Shown in pieces: positions 39,430-49,086 of a stretch of 64,000 nucleotides of DNA. The position numbers and the translations under genes are program-made. Numbering within the stretch: position 1 is the first letter of the stretch; each line of letters opens with the position of its first letter. The notes under the pieces were generated by a model. That model did not search any database. It had not been told where the DNA came from and saw only the letters and a list, made by a program, of their open reading frames with translations. The DNA comes from Gemmatimonadales bacterium (GTDB lineage Bacteria > Gemmatimonadota > Gemmatimonadetes > Gemmatimonadales > GWC2-71-9), in contig JBBQFH010000004.1 in the NCBI GenBank assembly GCA_038321865.1, positions 32,001 to 96,000 on the forward strand. Reading direction: 5' to 3'.

Positions 39430-40050
39430 GTGACCGCCGTCGACATTCCCGCTTTCATTCCGCTGAGCCTGCTCGAAGCGATCCGCAATCTGGATACGCC
39501 GATCGAGGACGGGCTCGACGAACTATCACCCGAGATCGTCACCAAGCGGCTCGGGCTCAGCTCGACCGTGGCGGCGCAGATCGAGCGGTATCGCGGCAGC
39601 ACGGAACGCGATCTCTCGGTTTCCGCCGACGAGGCGGTCTCCGTCTTCCGGCTGGTCGGCCGGCGTCCCGACGCCGCGCTGGTGTTCGCGGATGCCGGGC
39701 GCCGGGCGGCCCGGTATGCCCTCAGGGGGGTGGCCACGCATACCCTGCTGAAGGTCGCGCCCAGTGGGGTGGGTCGCCGCCTGGTCAACCGCTCGGCCAG
39801 CCGCGTCGCCCGCGATGCGTTCGGCGCCGAGATGCGGCATCCGGCGGGCGGCGCCGAGGCGACCCTCGACGCACCGCTGTCCATTTCGGCCTGGCCGGCC
39901 GGCGAGGCGTGCGGGTTCTACAGCGCGGCGTTCACCGAACTGCTGCGGACGCTGACCGGACTGGAGGGCACGGTACGCCACGCCTCCTGCCGCGGGCGGG
40001 GTGACGCCGACTGCATCTGGCGCGCGGTGCGCGCGGAGGTCTATCAATGA
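39430..40050 (+). CDS. Hypothetical protein with C-terminal V4R-like domain
   Basis: ACGFYSAAFTELL...HASCRGRGDADCIW cysteine pattern. Confidence 0.65.
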   Translation: MTAVDIPAFIPLSLLEAIRNLDTPIEDGLDELSPEIVTKRLGLSSTVAAQIERYRGSTERDLSVSADEAVSVFRLVGRRPDAALVFADAGRRAARYALRGVATHTLLKVAPSGVGRRLVNRSASRVARDAFGAEMRHPAGGAEATLDAPLSISAWPAGEACGFYSAAFTELLRTLTGLEGTVRHASCRGRGDADCIWRAVRAEVYQ

Positions 40051-41222
40051 AGCCGCTCGAGGGAATGGACCGCGAGGCCCTGCGGCAGGGTCTGGACGCC
40101 GCCGGTGCCGACGCCTGGCTCCTCTTCGACTTTCACGGCCTCAACCCGGTCGCGGGACGGGTGCTCGGACTTGGCGGCATGGGGTCGCGCCGGATCTTCG
40201 TACTGCTCCCCCGGGACGGGGAGCCGGTGGCGGTCGCCCACAAGATCGAGCTGCAGCCGCTCGACGAGTTCCCGGGACGGGTCATTCCCTATGCGCGCTG
40301 GGAGGAGCTGCACGCGGCGCTGGGACCGCTCGTGGCCGGCCGGACACTGGCGATGGAGATCTCGCCGGACGACGCCGTGCCCTATCTCGATCGCGTCCCC
40401 TACGGGGTGGTGCAGCTGCTGACCCGGCTGGGCGCGACGGTGGTGCCGTCCGCCGCGCTGGTCACCGGTTTCGCGGCGCGGTGGAGCGAGGCCGAACGGG
40501 CGGACCACGTGTGGGCGGCAGAAGCCGTGGCGGCGGTGGCGCGGGCGGCGCTTGAGACGGCGGTCACCGAAGGCGGCAGCGGCCTCACCGAGACCGCGCT
40601 GCAGCGCCGGGTGGTCGCCGCGCTGGAATCGCGCGGCCTGGTGCTGGATACGCCGCCGATCGTCGGTTTCGGCGCCAACGCGGCCAACCCGCATTACGAG
40701 CCGAAGGCCGGCCGGGACGCGGTGCTGGCTCCGGACCAGGTCGTGCTGCTGGATCTGTGGGCCGGCCGCTCGCGGCAGACGGTGTTCGCCGATCAGACCT
40801 GGATGGGGTTCAGCGGCGCCCACCCGCCCAGCCGCGTGGCGGAGGTCTGGCGCGTGGTCCGGGACGCTCGGGACGCCGCCGTCTCCGCGATACGGAGCGC
40901 GGTGGAGGCCGGGCGGCCGATCGCCGGCTACGAGGGCGATCGCGCAGCCCGCGCGGTGATCGAGGGGGCCGGGTATGGTGATTACTTCGTGCACCGGACG
41001 GGACACTCGATCGATCGCGACCTGCACGGCTCCGGTCCCCATCTCGACGACTATGAAACGCACGACGATCGCCGGCTGGTGCCCGGCGTCGGCTTCTCGA
41101 TCGAGCCCGGCGTGTACCTTCCCGGGGAGTTCGGCGTGCGGAGCGAGGTGAACATGTACTGGGGGCCGGCCGGCCCCGTCGTGACGCCGGCCGAGCCGCA
41201 GCGCGAGCTGATTCTGCCGTGA
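40047..41222 (+). CDS. M24 Xaa-Pro aminopeptidase family protein
   Basis: NPHY, LLDLW, FADQT, HRTGHSI, FSIEPGVY, GVRSE. Confidence 0.92.
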   Translation: MKPLEGMDREALRQGLDAAGADAWLLFDFHGLNPVAGRVLGLGGMGSRRIFVLLPRDGEPVAVAHKIELQPLDEFPGRVIPYARWEELHAALGPLVAGRTLAMEISPDDAVPYLDRVPYGVVQLLTRLGATVVPSAALVTGFAARWSEAERADHVWAAEAVAAVARAALETAVTEGGSGLTETALQRRVVAALESRGLVLDTPPIVGFGANAANPHYEPKAGRDAVLAPDQVVLLDLWAGRSRQTVFADQTWMGFSGAHPPSRVAEVWRVVRDARDAAVSAIRSAVEAGRPIAGYEGDRAARAVIEGAGYGDYFVHRTGHSIDRDLHGSGPHLDDYETHDDRRLVPGVGFSIEPGVYLPGEFGVRSEVNMYWGPAGPVVTPAEPQRELILP

Positions 41223-41407
41223 CCCCTTTGCAAACCGCCGAATCGGCTTTAGTATATCGGCTCCGGACTCTACTCACAGTCCATATTCTTGCCGTCACGC
41301 ATTCATTCGATCATTGCCGGACCCGCCGTGCGGCCGGATTGCGTTCCATCGGGCAACTTTCAAGGTTTCAGGGAGTTACAGCACGAGAGCGGATTCAAGT
41401 CGGTTCC

Positions 41408-41436
41408 TTGACACCGGTTTTTGCGCGCCACATATT
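41408..41436 (+). promoter_or_regulatory. Putative sigma70 promoter for the receptor operon
   Basis: TTGACA-N17-CATATT. A second candidate, TTGCAA-N16-TAGTAT, lies at 41228-41255. Confidence 0.5.
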
Positions 41437-41633
41437 ACGCGCGTCAACCGGGCCGCGGTCGACTCCCGTGCTACTCGAGCGTTGCATCACCAGTTCGGTT
41501 TTTCCTTCATCATGCAACAGAGACTCCGCGCAGTCGCATCCCGTAGCAGGGTGTTGTAACCCCGGGGAGGCGTGTGCTCCCCCCGCTCCAAGCTGGCAGT
41601 ACTGGTAGTTTCACGCCTTTGGAGGACGTTTCC

Positions 41634-44600
41634 ATGAAGCAAAGCTGTGTCAGCGCCTTCGCTCGCGTGGCGCGCTTTTGCGCGCTCGTGGCAGTCGCGC
41701 TGGGCCTCGGAGCGGGTTCGCTCCTCGCCCAAGCATCGACTGGTAAGATCGAGGGCAGGGTCCGCGACCAGAATGGCGCGCCCATCAACAACGCTCAAGT
41801 TTCGCTCAGCGGCACCGCGTTCAGCGCGCTTTCGAACGCACAGGGCTACTACTTCATGAACAACGTGCCGGCCGGCACGGTGACGGTCCATGCGGCCTTC
41901 ATCGGGTACCGGGCGGTCAACGTGACCGGCGTGAAGGTCCTGGGCGGTCAGACCATCACGACCGACGTCACGATGGAAGCGACGACGGTCGTCCTCGAGG
42001 CGATCAACGTCGTCTCCACCCAGCCGTTGGTTCCCCGCGACGAAGTCACGACCAAGCAGCGGGTGGACGGTGACTTCACCAGCAAGCTCCCGGTCGACCG
42101 GATCGCCAACGTCCTGGCGCTGCAGCCGGGCGTGGTCGCCAATTCGGCGGGTGGCGGCCTTTCGATCCGCGGTGGCCGTACCGACGAGAACGTGACCTAC
42201 GTCGACGGCGTGCCGGTTCAGGCCGGAAACCGCGGCACGGCCGTGAGCGGTGGTAATGAGATCGGCATCGCTACGAACGCGTTCGAGGAAGCCTCGGTCA
42301 CCACCGGCGCGAGCTCAGCCGAGTTCGGCAACGCGCAGTCGGGCGTCATCTCGATCTCGACCAGGGCCGGCAACTCCCAGCGCTGGGCCGGTAATTTGGG
42401 TTACGAGTCTGACGCCATGATGCCGGCGTCGTCGAGCCTCGGCCTGACCCGGGTGCAGGCGTCCATCGGCGGCCCCCTGATGCGGGGACTGACGTTCTTC
42501 GTCTCCGGCGGACTCCAGGGGCAGAAGTCGCCCGCCTTCGGTGTCGGGGCCAACAAGTACCCGAACTTCGTTCCGGTGGGGATCGACACGACCGTCAAGG
42601 TGCCGTCCGCGCCGAACAGCCCAACCTCGGACACGACGCTGGTCGATGTGCTCAAGTACGCGGAGTTCCGCGGCAACTGCGATCAGTTTGCCAGCAGCGC
42701 GAACGCCGGCATCGCCAGCAACTACGGCGTCAGCTGCCAGGGCAGTCGCACAGCATGGCAGCCGGCCTCCGACTACACGCTGCAGAGCAAGCTGCAGTAC
42801 ACGTATGGCACCGGTTCGCGCTTCTCGCTCAGCGCGCTGGGAAGCCAGGCCCAGAATCGCGGCGCCAACTTCCAGAATCCGATCAACACCTTCGGGACGC
42901 GGAGCTGGAACCGGGCGTACATCATGAACTGGACGCAGAACCTGTCCAAGTCGGCTGAGCGCGCGCTTGCGCTCGACGTGTACGGGTCCCTGCAGCGCGA
43001 CCGGTCGATGACCTCGCCGCTGACGCAGGCCAGCGAGCTCAGCACCCGTGATCCGTTCGGCGGGTTCCTGATCAAGCCGCTGAAGTTCCTGTTCGACTTC
43101 CAGTCGTTCCCGCTGGATTCGCAGCTCATCGCGAACTACCGGGACAATACGCCGGGCTCGCGGCGGTCGCCGTACGACCTCGAGAACACGACGCAATACC
43201 AGACCAACTCGCAGTACCGCAGCAACGCCTTCGGACTGACCGGCACGCAGGAGAGCGGCGGCCCGACCGGCGGGCTGAACATGAACCGGGAAAACCGGGC
43301 GATCGGCAAGGCCAATCTCGACTGGCAGTTCGACCGCTACAACCGGCTCAAGATCGGCGGCGAATACACCAAGTATTCGATCGACAACTACAGTCACGGC
43401 CTGACCAGCCAGGCCTTCTCGTCGATCTTCAGCGAGAAGCCGGTCCGCTGGGACGGCTTCATGGAAGATCGTCTCGACCTCGGTGACGTGGTCGTCGTCG
43501 GCGGCCTCCGCTACGACTACTACGACACCCGTGCGAGCCGCCCGTACTCGCTCGACACCGTCGCGGCGAGCCCGACGTTCAACACCTACCAGCCGTTCCC
43601 GCGCATCTCGAGCTATGCCGGGACGTTCAACGGACAGCCACTGGTGTCGTTCATCCGGGACCAGCACCACACCTACGTGAGCCCGCACATCCAGGTCTCG
43701 TTCCCGGTCACCGACCGGACGAACTTCCGGCTGTCGTACGCGCACCAGGTGCAGGCGCCTGACTTCGGCCTGCTGCTCGGCGGCATCAACACCGACCTGT
43801 CGATCACGAACACCAACAACACGTATGGGACCGACATCGGGTTTGGCAAGACGATCACCTTCGAGTTCGGCATCCGGCACGCGTTCAGCGACGACATGGT
43901 GCTGGACGTCGCGGCGTACAACAAGGACAAGCTGGCCGACGCCGCCGACCGCCTGATCTCGCTGCAGGATCCGACCCGCCACAACAGCCGCGTGGATATT
44001 CGCGAGCTGACGACGGCGGACTTCGGCAACACCCGCGGCGTGGACGTCCGGCTCGATCGCCGCTTCGGCAACATCTTCAACGGCACCCTGGCCTACACCT
44101 ACCAGCAGGCCAAGAACACGGGTTCCGATCCGTTCACCTACATCAACTTCGGCTCGCGCGTCATCAACCAGCTCTCCGGCGGCAATCAGGCGCCGCCGCA
44201 GGCGATCGCGCCGACGGCAAACAGCCGTCCGCACAACCTCGCGGCGGCGGCCTCGCTCGCGTTCCCGCGCGACTGGAAGCAGGGCTCGATGCTCGGGTCA
44301 CTGCTGCGCAACGTCGGCATCTTCGCGACGTTCCGCTACGCCAGCGGCACGGCGTACACCAGCTGCGAGACGCTGGGCAACGAGACGGTCATCTCGGGTG
44401 CCGTCTGCGCCAAGGGTCAGCTCATCAACGGCCTCAACGACGCGCGGCTGCCGAACTTCAAGCAGTTCGACCTGCGGGCGTCCAAGGGTCTCCGGCTCGG
44501 CGGGCTGGATCTCTCGGCCTACGTTGACGCCCGGAACGTGCTCAATTTCCGCAACGTGCTCGCCGTCTTCGTCACCTCCGGTGACATCGTGAGCCCGCTG

Positions 44601-44936
44601 GAGCACACGACGCGGTTCGCCGGCGACAGCTCAGTGTACGCCCAGGAAGCGAAGGCGAACAGTATCTACAACGCAAATACCGGCGATATCAACCTCACGT
44701 TCGGCGGCGCCGGCAACTCCGGCTGCGCCAACTACGTGACGGCGGGTGGTGCGGGCGCGCAGCCGAGCTGCATTCAGCTCATCCGGGCGGAACAGCGCTT
44801 CGGGAACGGCGACGGCGTCTTCAGCCTCGCTGAGCAGCATAAGGCGTCGGACGCCAGCTACTACGGCGGCCGTGGCGACTTCGCCTTCCTCGGCGCCGGC
44901 CGTCGCGTTCGCCTCGGACTCGAGCTCAACTTCTAG
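41634..44936 (+). CDS. TonB-dependent receptor with N-terminal carboxypeptidase-regulatory-like domain
   Basis: Signal peptide, TGKIEGRVRD, plug LSIRGGR..YVDG, SAEFGNAQSGVI; barrel SPHIQVSFPV; C-terminal RLGLELNF. Confidence 0.92.
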   Translation: MKQSCVSAFARVARFCALVAVALGLGAGSLLAQASTGKIEGRVRDQNGAPINNAQVSLSGTAFSALSNAQGYYFMNNVPAGTVTVHAAFIGYRAVNVTGVKVLGGQTITTDVTMEATTVVLEAINVVSTQPLVPRDEVTTKQRVDGDFTSKLPVDRIANVLALQPGVVANSAGGGLSIRGGRTDENVTYVDGVPVQAGNRGTAVSGGNEIGIATNAFEEASVTTGASSAEFGNAQSGVISISTRAGNSQRWAGNLGYESDAMMPASSSLGLTRVQASIGGPLMRGLTFFVSGGLQGQKSPAFGVGANKYPNFVPVGIDTTVKVPSAPNSPTSDTTLVDVLKYAEFRGNCDQFASSANAGIASNYGVSCQGSRTAWQPASDYTLQSKLQYTYGTGSRFSLSALGSQAQNRGANFQNPINTFGTRSWNRAYIMNWTQNLSKSAERALALDVYGSLQRDRSMTSPLTQASELSTRDPFGGFLIKPLKFLFDFQSFPLDSQLIANYRDNTPGSRRSPYDLENTTQYQTNSQYRSNAFGLTGTQESGGPTGGLNMNRENRAIGKANLDWQFDRYNRLKIGGEYTKYSIDNYSHGLTSQAFSSIFSEKPVRWDGFMEDRLDLGDVVVVGGLRYDYYDTRASRPYSLDTVAASPTFNTYQPFPRISSYAGTFNGQPLVSFIRDQHHTYVSPHIQVSFPVTDRTNFRLSYAHQVQAPDFGLLLGGINTDLSITNTNNTYGTDIGFGKTITFEFGIRHAFSDDMVLDVAAYNKDKLADAADRLISLQDPTRHNSRVDIRELTTADFGNTRGVDVRLDRRFGNIFNGTLAYTYQQAKNTGSDPFTYINFGSRVINQLSGGNQAPPQAIAPTANSRPHNLAAAASLAFPRDWKQGSMLGSLLRNVGIFATFRYASGTAYTSCETLGNETVISGAVCAKGQLINGLNDARLPNFKQFDLRASKGLRLGGLDLSAYVDARNVLNFRNVLAVFVTSGDIVSPLEHTTRFAGDSSVYAQEAKANSIYNANTGDINLTFGGAGNSGCANYVTAGGAGAQPSCIQLIRAEQRFGNGDGVFSLAEQHKASDASYYGGRGDFAFLGAGRRVRLGLELNF

Positions 44937-45020
44937 TGTCACCGGTGCGCCTGCGGGTGCCGCGGCAGGATCGCGACACCCGTCGGGCTCGCCACCGTTA
45001 TTCCATCTGGAGAGGACGCA

Positions 45021-48000
45021 ATGCACTCACTTTTTGGTAAGAGAGGCGTAATGCTGGCGGGCCTCCTTGCCGTGGCACTGGCGGCGATGACGCCGACGGC
45101 CGCCTCGGCAAAGCCCGAGCCGGGCGCGCGCGGGCGGGGTTTCCGCCTGTTCGCCCGCAGTCTCGGCGCCCTCACCGTCAACCGCGTCTATTGCGGCCTG
45201 GCGACGACGGGCGAGGTCTGCGTCGATTCGTCGAACTCGTCAACCATCGGCGGCGGGTATTGGCCCAAGGGCACCGCTGACCAGTACATCTTCAATTCCG
45301 GCCTGCAGCTGGCCGGCGTCATCGGCGGCACCAAGCCGAGCAACCCGTGGGGCGGCGACACCACGGGCGCGTTCTTCTTCGACCCGAAGGGCACCACGCA
45401 GCACGGTCAGGAAGTGCAGCCGATCTACAACTCACAGAATCCGGACGACGTCGCCAACTGGCCCGCCGCGGCGTTCGTGCCGCAGGGCGATGCCACCGGC
45501 GCGCTGTTCGATCCCCTGCTGCAGGGGCGGGTCAATGCCTCGCAGGGCGACGTCTGGTTCCTGAGCTGGGAAGGCAACCCGACCCAGAACGCCGGCCGTC
45601 TGCACCCGCTCGGCGTCATGGTCGAGACTCGCGGCATGGGCTGGAACTTCCCGACTGGCAACCAGGACATCATCTACTTCGTCTACACCTTCTATAACAT
45701 CACGTCGACGAGTGCGGCGGACTACGCGGCCGCCCGTCCCGCGATCCAGCCGATCCTCCTGCAGCAGGCCCAGGCATTCCAGGCCCAGAACAACGCGGCT
45801 TTCGGGATCACGCTGCCGGCCGGCGGCTACACCATCAACAACCTGTTCGCGGCCTTTGCGCGTGACGACGATGTCGGCAACGCCGGCACCAACTTCTCGT
45901 CGGTGAATCTGCCGTTCGCGCTCGGGTATACCTACGACCAGGACTTCGGCCGGCCGGCCGGCTGGACCTTCGATCCGGCGATCTTCTCCTCGCCGTTCTT
46001 CGCGGGCGTCGGCTTTACCGCGGCCAAGTACCTCAAGAGCCCGTCCGGCCCCGGCCAGATTCAGCTCTTTTCGAACACCGTCAACGGTACGCCGTTCGCC
46101 GGCGCGCTGAACGACTCCCGCGACACCAAGCAGCTGTTCCGCTACCTCTCCGGCACGCTCTCGCCGGCGTCGGGCGACCAGCAGTGCAACGTGAGCGGCA
46201 GCCCGGCCATCACCCGTGTCTGCTTCGTCAACAACACGTCGGCGGCGGACATGCGGTTCTTCGAGTCATCCACGCCGCTGACGCTCGCTCCGGGTCAGTT
46301 CAGCTCGATCGTCGTGGCGTACATCTTCGCGGCGCCGGTCATTACGGCCAGTGTCACGCCGAGCAGCTCGCTCCACCTGCAGCCGGGCAACCCGCTGGTG
46401 CTCGATCCGAAGACGCCGGCGGCCGCCACCGCGCTGGCCACCACCGGCGCCAACAAGGTCGACTCGCTGATGGGCTTCCGCGGCTGGACCGACATCAGCG
46501 GTGATTGCGCCACGGTCGTGGCGACGTCGCCGGTCGGCTGCGCCCAGCAGAACGAGTTCCGGGTGGTTCCGGGCTCGATGCTCGGCAAGGCCAACGTCGC
46601 TCAGGCGGTGTTCAACAACAAGTTCCTGCTCCCGTTCGCCCCCGACAGCCCGGACTTCTTCCTGGTGCCGGGCGACAACCAGGTCACCGTCCTCTGGCGC
46701 CCGTCGGCCAGCGAGGCCTCGGGCGATCCGTTCTTTGCCGTGGCCAAGCAGGCCACCGTGATCGACCCGGTGACCAGCACCGTGGTGGCGAACCCGCTCT
46801 ACGACCCGAACTATCGCCAGTTCGACGTCGAGGGCTACCGCATCTATCGCGGGCGGGTGGACGCGCCGAATGCGCTGACGCTGATCGCCCAGTTTGACTA
46901 TGCCGGCACCAGCATCAAGGACTTCGCCGGGCAGATCAATCCGGTCATCAACTGCGCGCCGGAACTCAATATCTTCGGCCCGCCGGCGTCAGCATGTCCG
47001 TTCGACAATCCGTTCCCCACCCCGGGCACGCTCACGCAGACGCGCATCAAAAACGTCTCGATTCCGCTCACCGGCGGCATCGTACAGGTTGCCCTGGGCC
47101 AGCGTTCCGCGCTCGCCACGTCGCCGCAGACGGCGATCGTGCTCGCGGCGGATACGGCGGTTACGGGTGGCGGTGCCAACGGCCCCTGCGCTCCGAGCCT
47201 CTGCCCGGAGCTCCGCGACAACGGCGTGCCGTTCGTCTACGTCGACAACACCGTGCGGAACAATTTCCGCTACTTCTATTCGGTGACGGCGTTCGACATC
47301 AACTCGTTCCAGTCAGGCCCGACCAGCCTCGAGTCGCCGCGGCTCACCAAGTCGGTGACGCCGAGCGCGCTGGCGGCCAATTTCCAGAACACGGCCAGCA
47401 CGTCGAACGCCATTTTCGGCCGTAACGTCGCGTTGACCGACAATGCGGTGCCGGCGCTTGATCCGACGACCGGCATCTTCAGCAAGCCGTTCCCGCCGGC
47501 CGACGGCTGGTCCCTTTCGCTCGCGGCCTTCGTGAAGGAGCTGATCGCAGCTCCGGGCGCGGTTGCCGTGCGGCTTGACAGCCTGCAGCTCGGCTCGGCC
47601 TACGACAACGCGGTCAACAAGTATTTCGTCACGATCAACCCGGGTGCATCGCAGAGCAACGCGGTTCTGTCGCTGCTTCAGGCGCAGACGACCGGGATTA
47701 CGACGTCGAGCGTCGGATTCACCGGCGTGAACGTGGATCAGTCACTCGCCGCCCGGTTCGGCGGCAGCAGCGCCTTCTCGATTCCGGCGTCGCTGACGGC
47801 GAAGATCGACGGCAACTACTACACGAACTCGTTCGGCCGCGGCTGTATCAACAGCGCCACCGGGTTCGGGAGCAACACGGCAAAGTGCGACTATAACGGT
47901 GCCCGCTGGTTCATGGGCCCGTCGCCGGCCAACAACGAGACCAAAGCCAACCCGACCGCCCCGGGCAACCAGGCGAATAGCGGTGGGCCGACGGTTCCGA

Positions 48001-49028
48001 CCAACTTCAACAACGCCGGCCAGCTCACCGGTGTGACGACGATTTACGAGGGCCGGTCGTACCAGACGCTTGAGAACACGTACCGTAACGTCGAGGGCGC
48101 GCTGGGTGGCGCCGTACGCGCCGCGGACTTCAACGTGTACTGGGGCGCTGCGGGCAAGGTCGACTCGGTCATCGACGTGACGCACAATGTGGTGGTGCCG
48201 TTCTATGGCGATCACATCGCCGGCGGCTGGGGCATCCTGAACCAGTCGGCCACCACGGCCGTGGGCTCGGCGGACACCCGCCCCACCGTGCTCACCATCG
48301 GCGACTGGGGCTGCGTGCCTCCGCTCAAGACCTACACCGCAGTGCAGAGTAAGCTGCCGTGCTCCGCTGGCACCACGTACGCGCTGAGCAACACGGCGGT
48401 CCCGGGCAACATCGCCCTCGTCGGTGGATCGACGAGTGTGGGCACGGCGACGATGATCAACGCGCCGGTGGCGGGGCAGGGCTTCATGATGTACCTGCCC
48501 GGTCACATCTTCTCCTTCGTTCTCGCGGCGGGCGTGCCCGCTTCGGGCACGGTCTGGTCGATGCGCAGCTACACGGGCGCGATCCAGGGCGGTCAGGGTG
48601 GCCCAGGCGGGAACGAGGGTCCGTACGTCTTCACCCCGACGATCCGGACATTCTCGGCGCTGAATGCGGAGCTTCGGTTCAGCTTCGACGTCGTGAATCA
48701 GCTGGTCTCGACGAGCAGTGCTGATCTCAGCAAAGTGCACACCGTGCCGGACCCGTACTACGTCACCAGTGAGTTCGAGCAGACGACGGATACCAAGATC
48801 GTCAAGTTCGTCAACCTGCCGAACGACGCTGTCATCCGGATCTACTCCTCAAGCGGGGTGCTGGTCGACCTCCTCGAGCACCACTCCACCCAGTTCGGGG
48901 GGGCGGAAGACTGGAACGTGCGGAACCGGAACAATCAGGTGGTGGCGAGCGGTGTGTACTTCTATCACATCGAGTCCGGCGATGCACGACGGGTCGGACG
49001 CTTCACGATCGTGAATTTCGCCCAGTAG
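45021..49028 (+). CDS. Large secreted protein with T9SS-like (FlgD/Ig) C-terminal sorting domain
   Basis: Signal peptide; FN3-like GDNQVTVLW...EGYRIYR...YFYSVTAFD; CTD VPDPY...IRIYSSSGVLV...WNVRN..VASGVYFYHI...GRFTIV. Confidence 0.82.
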   Translation: MHSLFGKRGVMLAGLLAVALAAMTPTAASAKPEPGARGRGFRLFARSLGALTVNRVYCGLATTGEVCVDSSNSSTIGGGYWPKGTADQYIFNSGLQLAGVIGGTKPSNPWGGDTTGAFFFDPKGTTQHGQEVQPIYNSQNPDDVANWPAAAFVPQGDATGALFDPLLQGRVNASQGDVWFLSWEGNPTQNAGRLHPLGVMVETRGMGWNFPTGNQDIIYFVYTFYNITSTSAADYAAARPAIQPILLQQAQAFQAQNNAAFGITLPAGGYTINNLFAAFARDDDVGNAGTNFSSVNLPFALGYTYDQDFGRPAGWTFDPAIFSSPFFAGVGFTAAKYLKSPSGPGQIQLFSNTVNGTPFAGALNDSRDTKQLFRYLSGTLSPASGDQQCNVSGSPAITRVCFVNNTSAADMRFFESSTPLTLAPGQFSSIVVAYIFAAPVITASVTPSSSLHLQPGNPLVLDPKTPAAATALATTGANKVDSLMGFRGWTDISGDCATVVATSPVGCAQQNEFRVVPGSMLGKANVAQAVFNNKFLLPFAPDSPDFFLVPGDNQVTVLWRPSASEASGDPFFAVAKQATVIDPVTSTVVANPLYDPNYRQFDVEGYRIYRGRVDAPNALTLIAQFDYAGTSIKDFAGQINPVINCAPELNIFGPPASACPFDNPFPTPGTLTQTRIKNVSIPLTGGIVQVALGQRSALATSPQTAIVLAADTAVTGGGANGPCAPSLCPELRDNGVPFVYVDNTVRNNFRYFYSVTAFDINSFQSGPTSLESPRLTKSVTPSALAANFQNTASTSNAIFGRNVALTDNAVPALDPTTGIFSKPFPPADGWSLSLAAFVKELIAAPGAVAVRLDSLQLGSAYDNAVNKYFVTINPGASQSNAVLSLLQAQTTGITTSSVGFTGVNVDQSLAARFGGSSAFSIPASLTAKIDGNYYTNSFGRGCINSATGFGSNTAKCDYNGARWFMGPSPANNETKANPTAPGNQANSGGPTVPTNFNNAGQLTGVTTIYEGRSYQTLENTYRNVEGALGGAVRAADFNVYWGAAGKVDSVIDVTHNVVVPFYGDHIAGGWGILNQSATTAVGSADTRPTVLTIGDWGCVPPLKTYTAVQSKLPCSAGTTYALSNTAVPGNIALVGGSTSVGTATMINAPVAGQGFMMYLPGHIFSFVLAAGVPASGTVWSMRSYTGAIQGGQGGPGGNEGPYVFTPTIRTFSALNAELRFSFDVVNQLVSTSSADLSKVHTVPDPYYVTSEFEQTTDTKIVKFVNLPNDAVIRIYSSSGVLVDLLEHHSTQFGGAEDWNVRNRNNQVVASGVYFYHIESGDARRVGRFTIVNFAQ

Positions 49029-49086
49029 CCCACAGCAGGGGGACCGGGGGGAACAACCCCCGGCCCTCTCATCCAGGAGAGCGGAA

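Noticed and set aside
41219..41608. 129-aa ORF in the intergenic region
   Set aside because: Atypical codon usage, no motifs, and it overlaps promoter-like elements.
41223..41633. Cobalamin or TPP riboswitch ahead of the TonB receptor
   Set aside because: The conserved B12-box and TPP core motifs were not found.
45021..49028. SusD-family lid or autotransporter
   Set aside because: No lipobox or TPR pattern and no C-terminal beta-barrel; the tail fits an Ig-like CTD.
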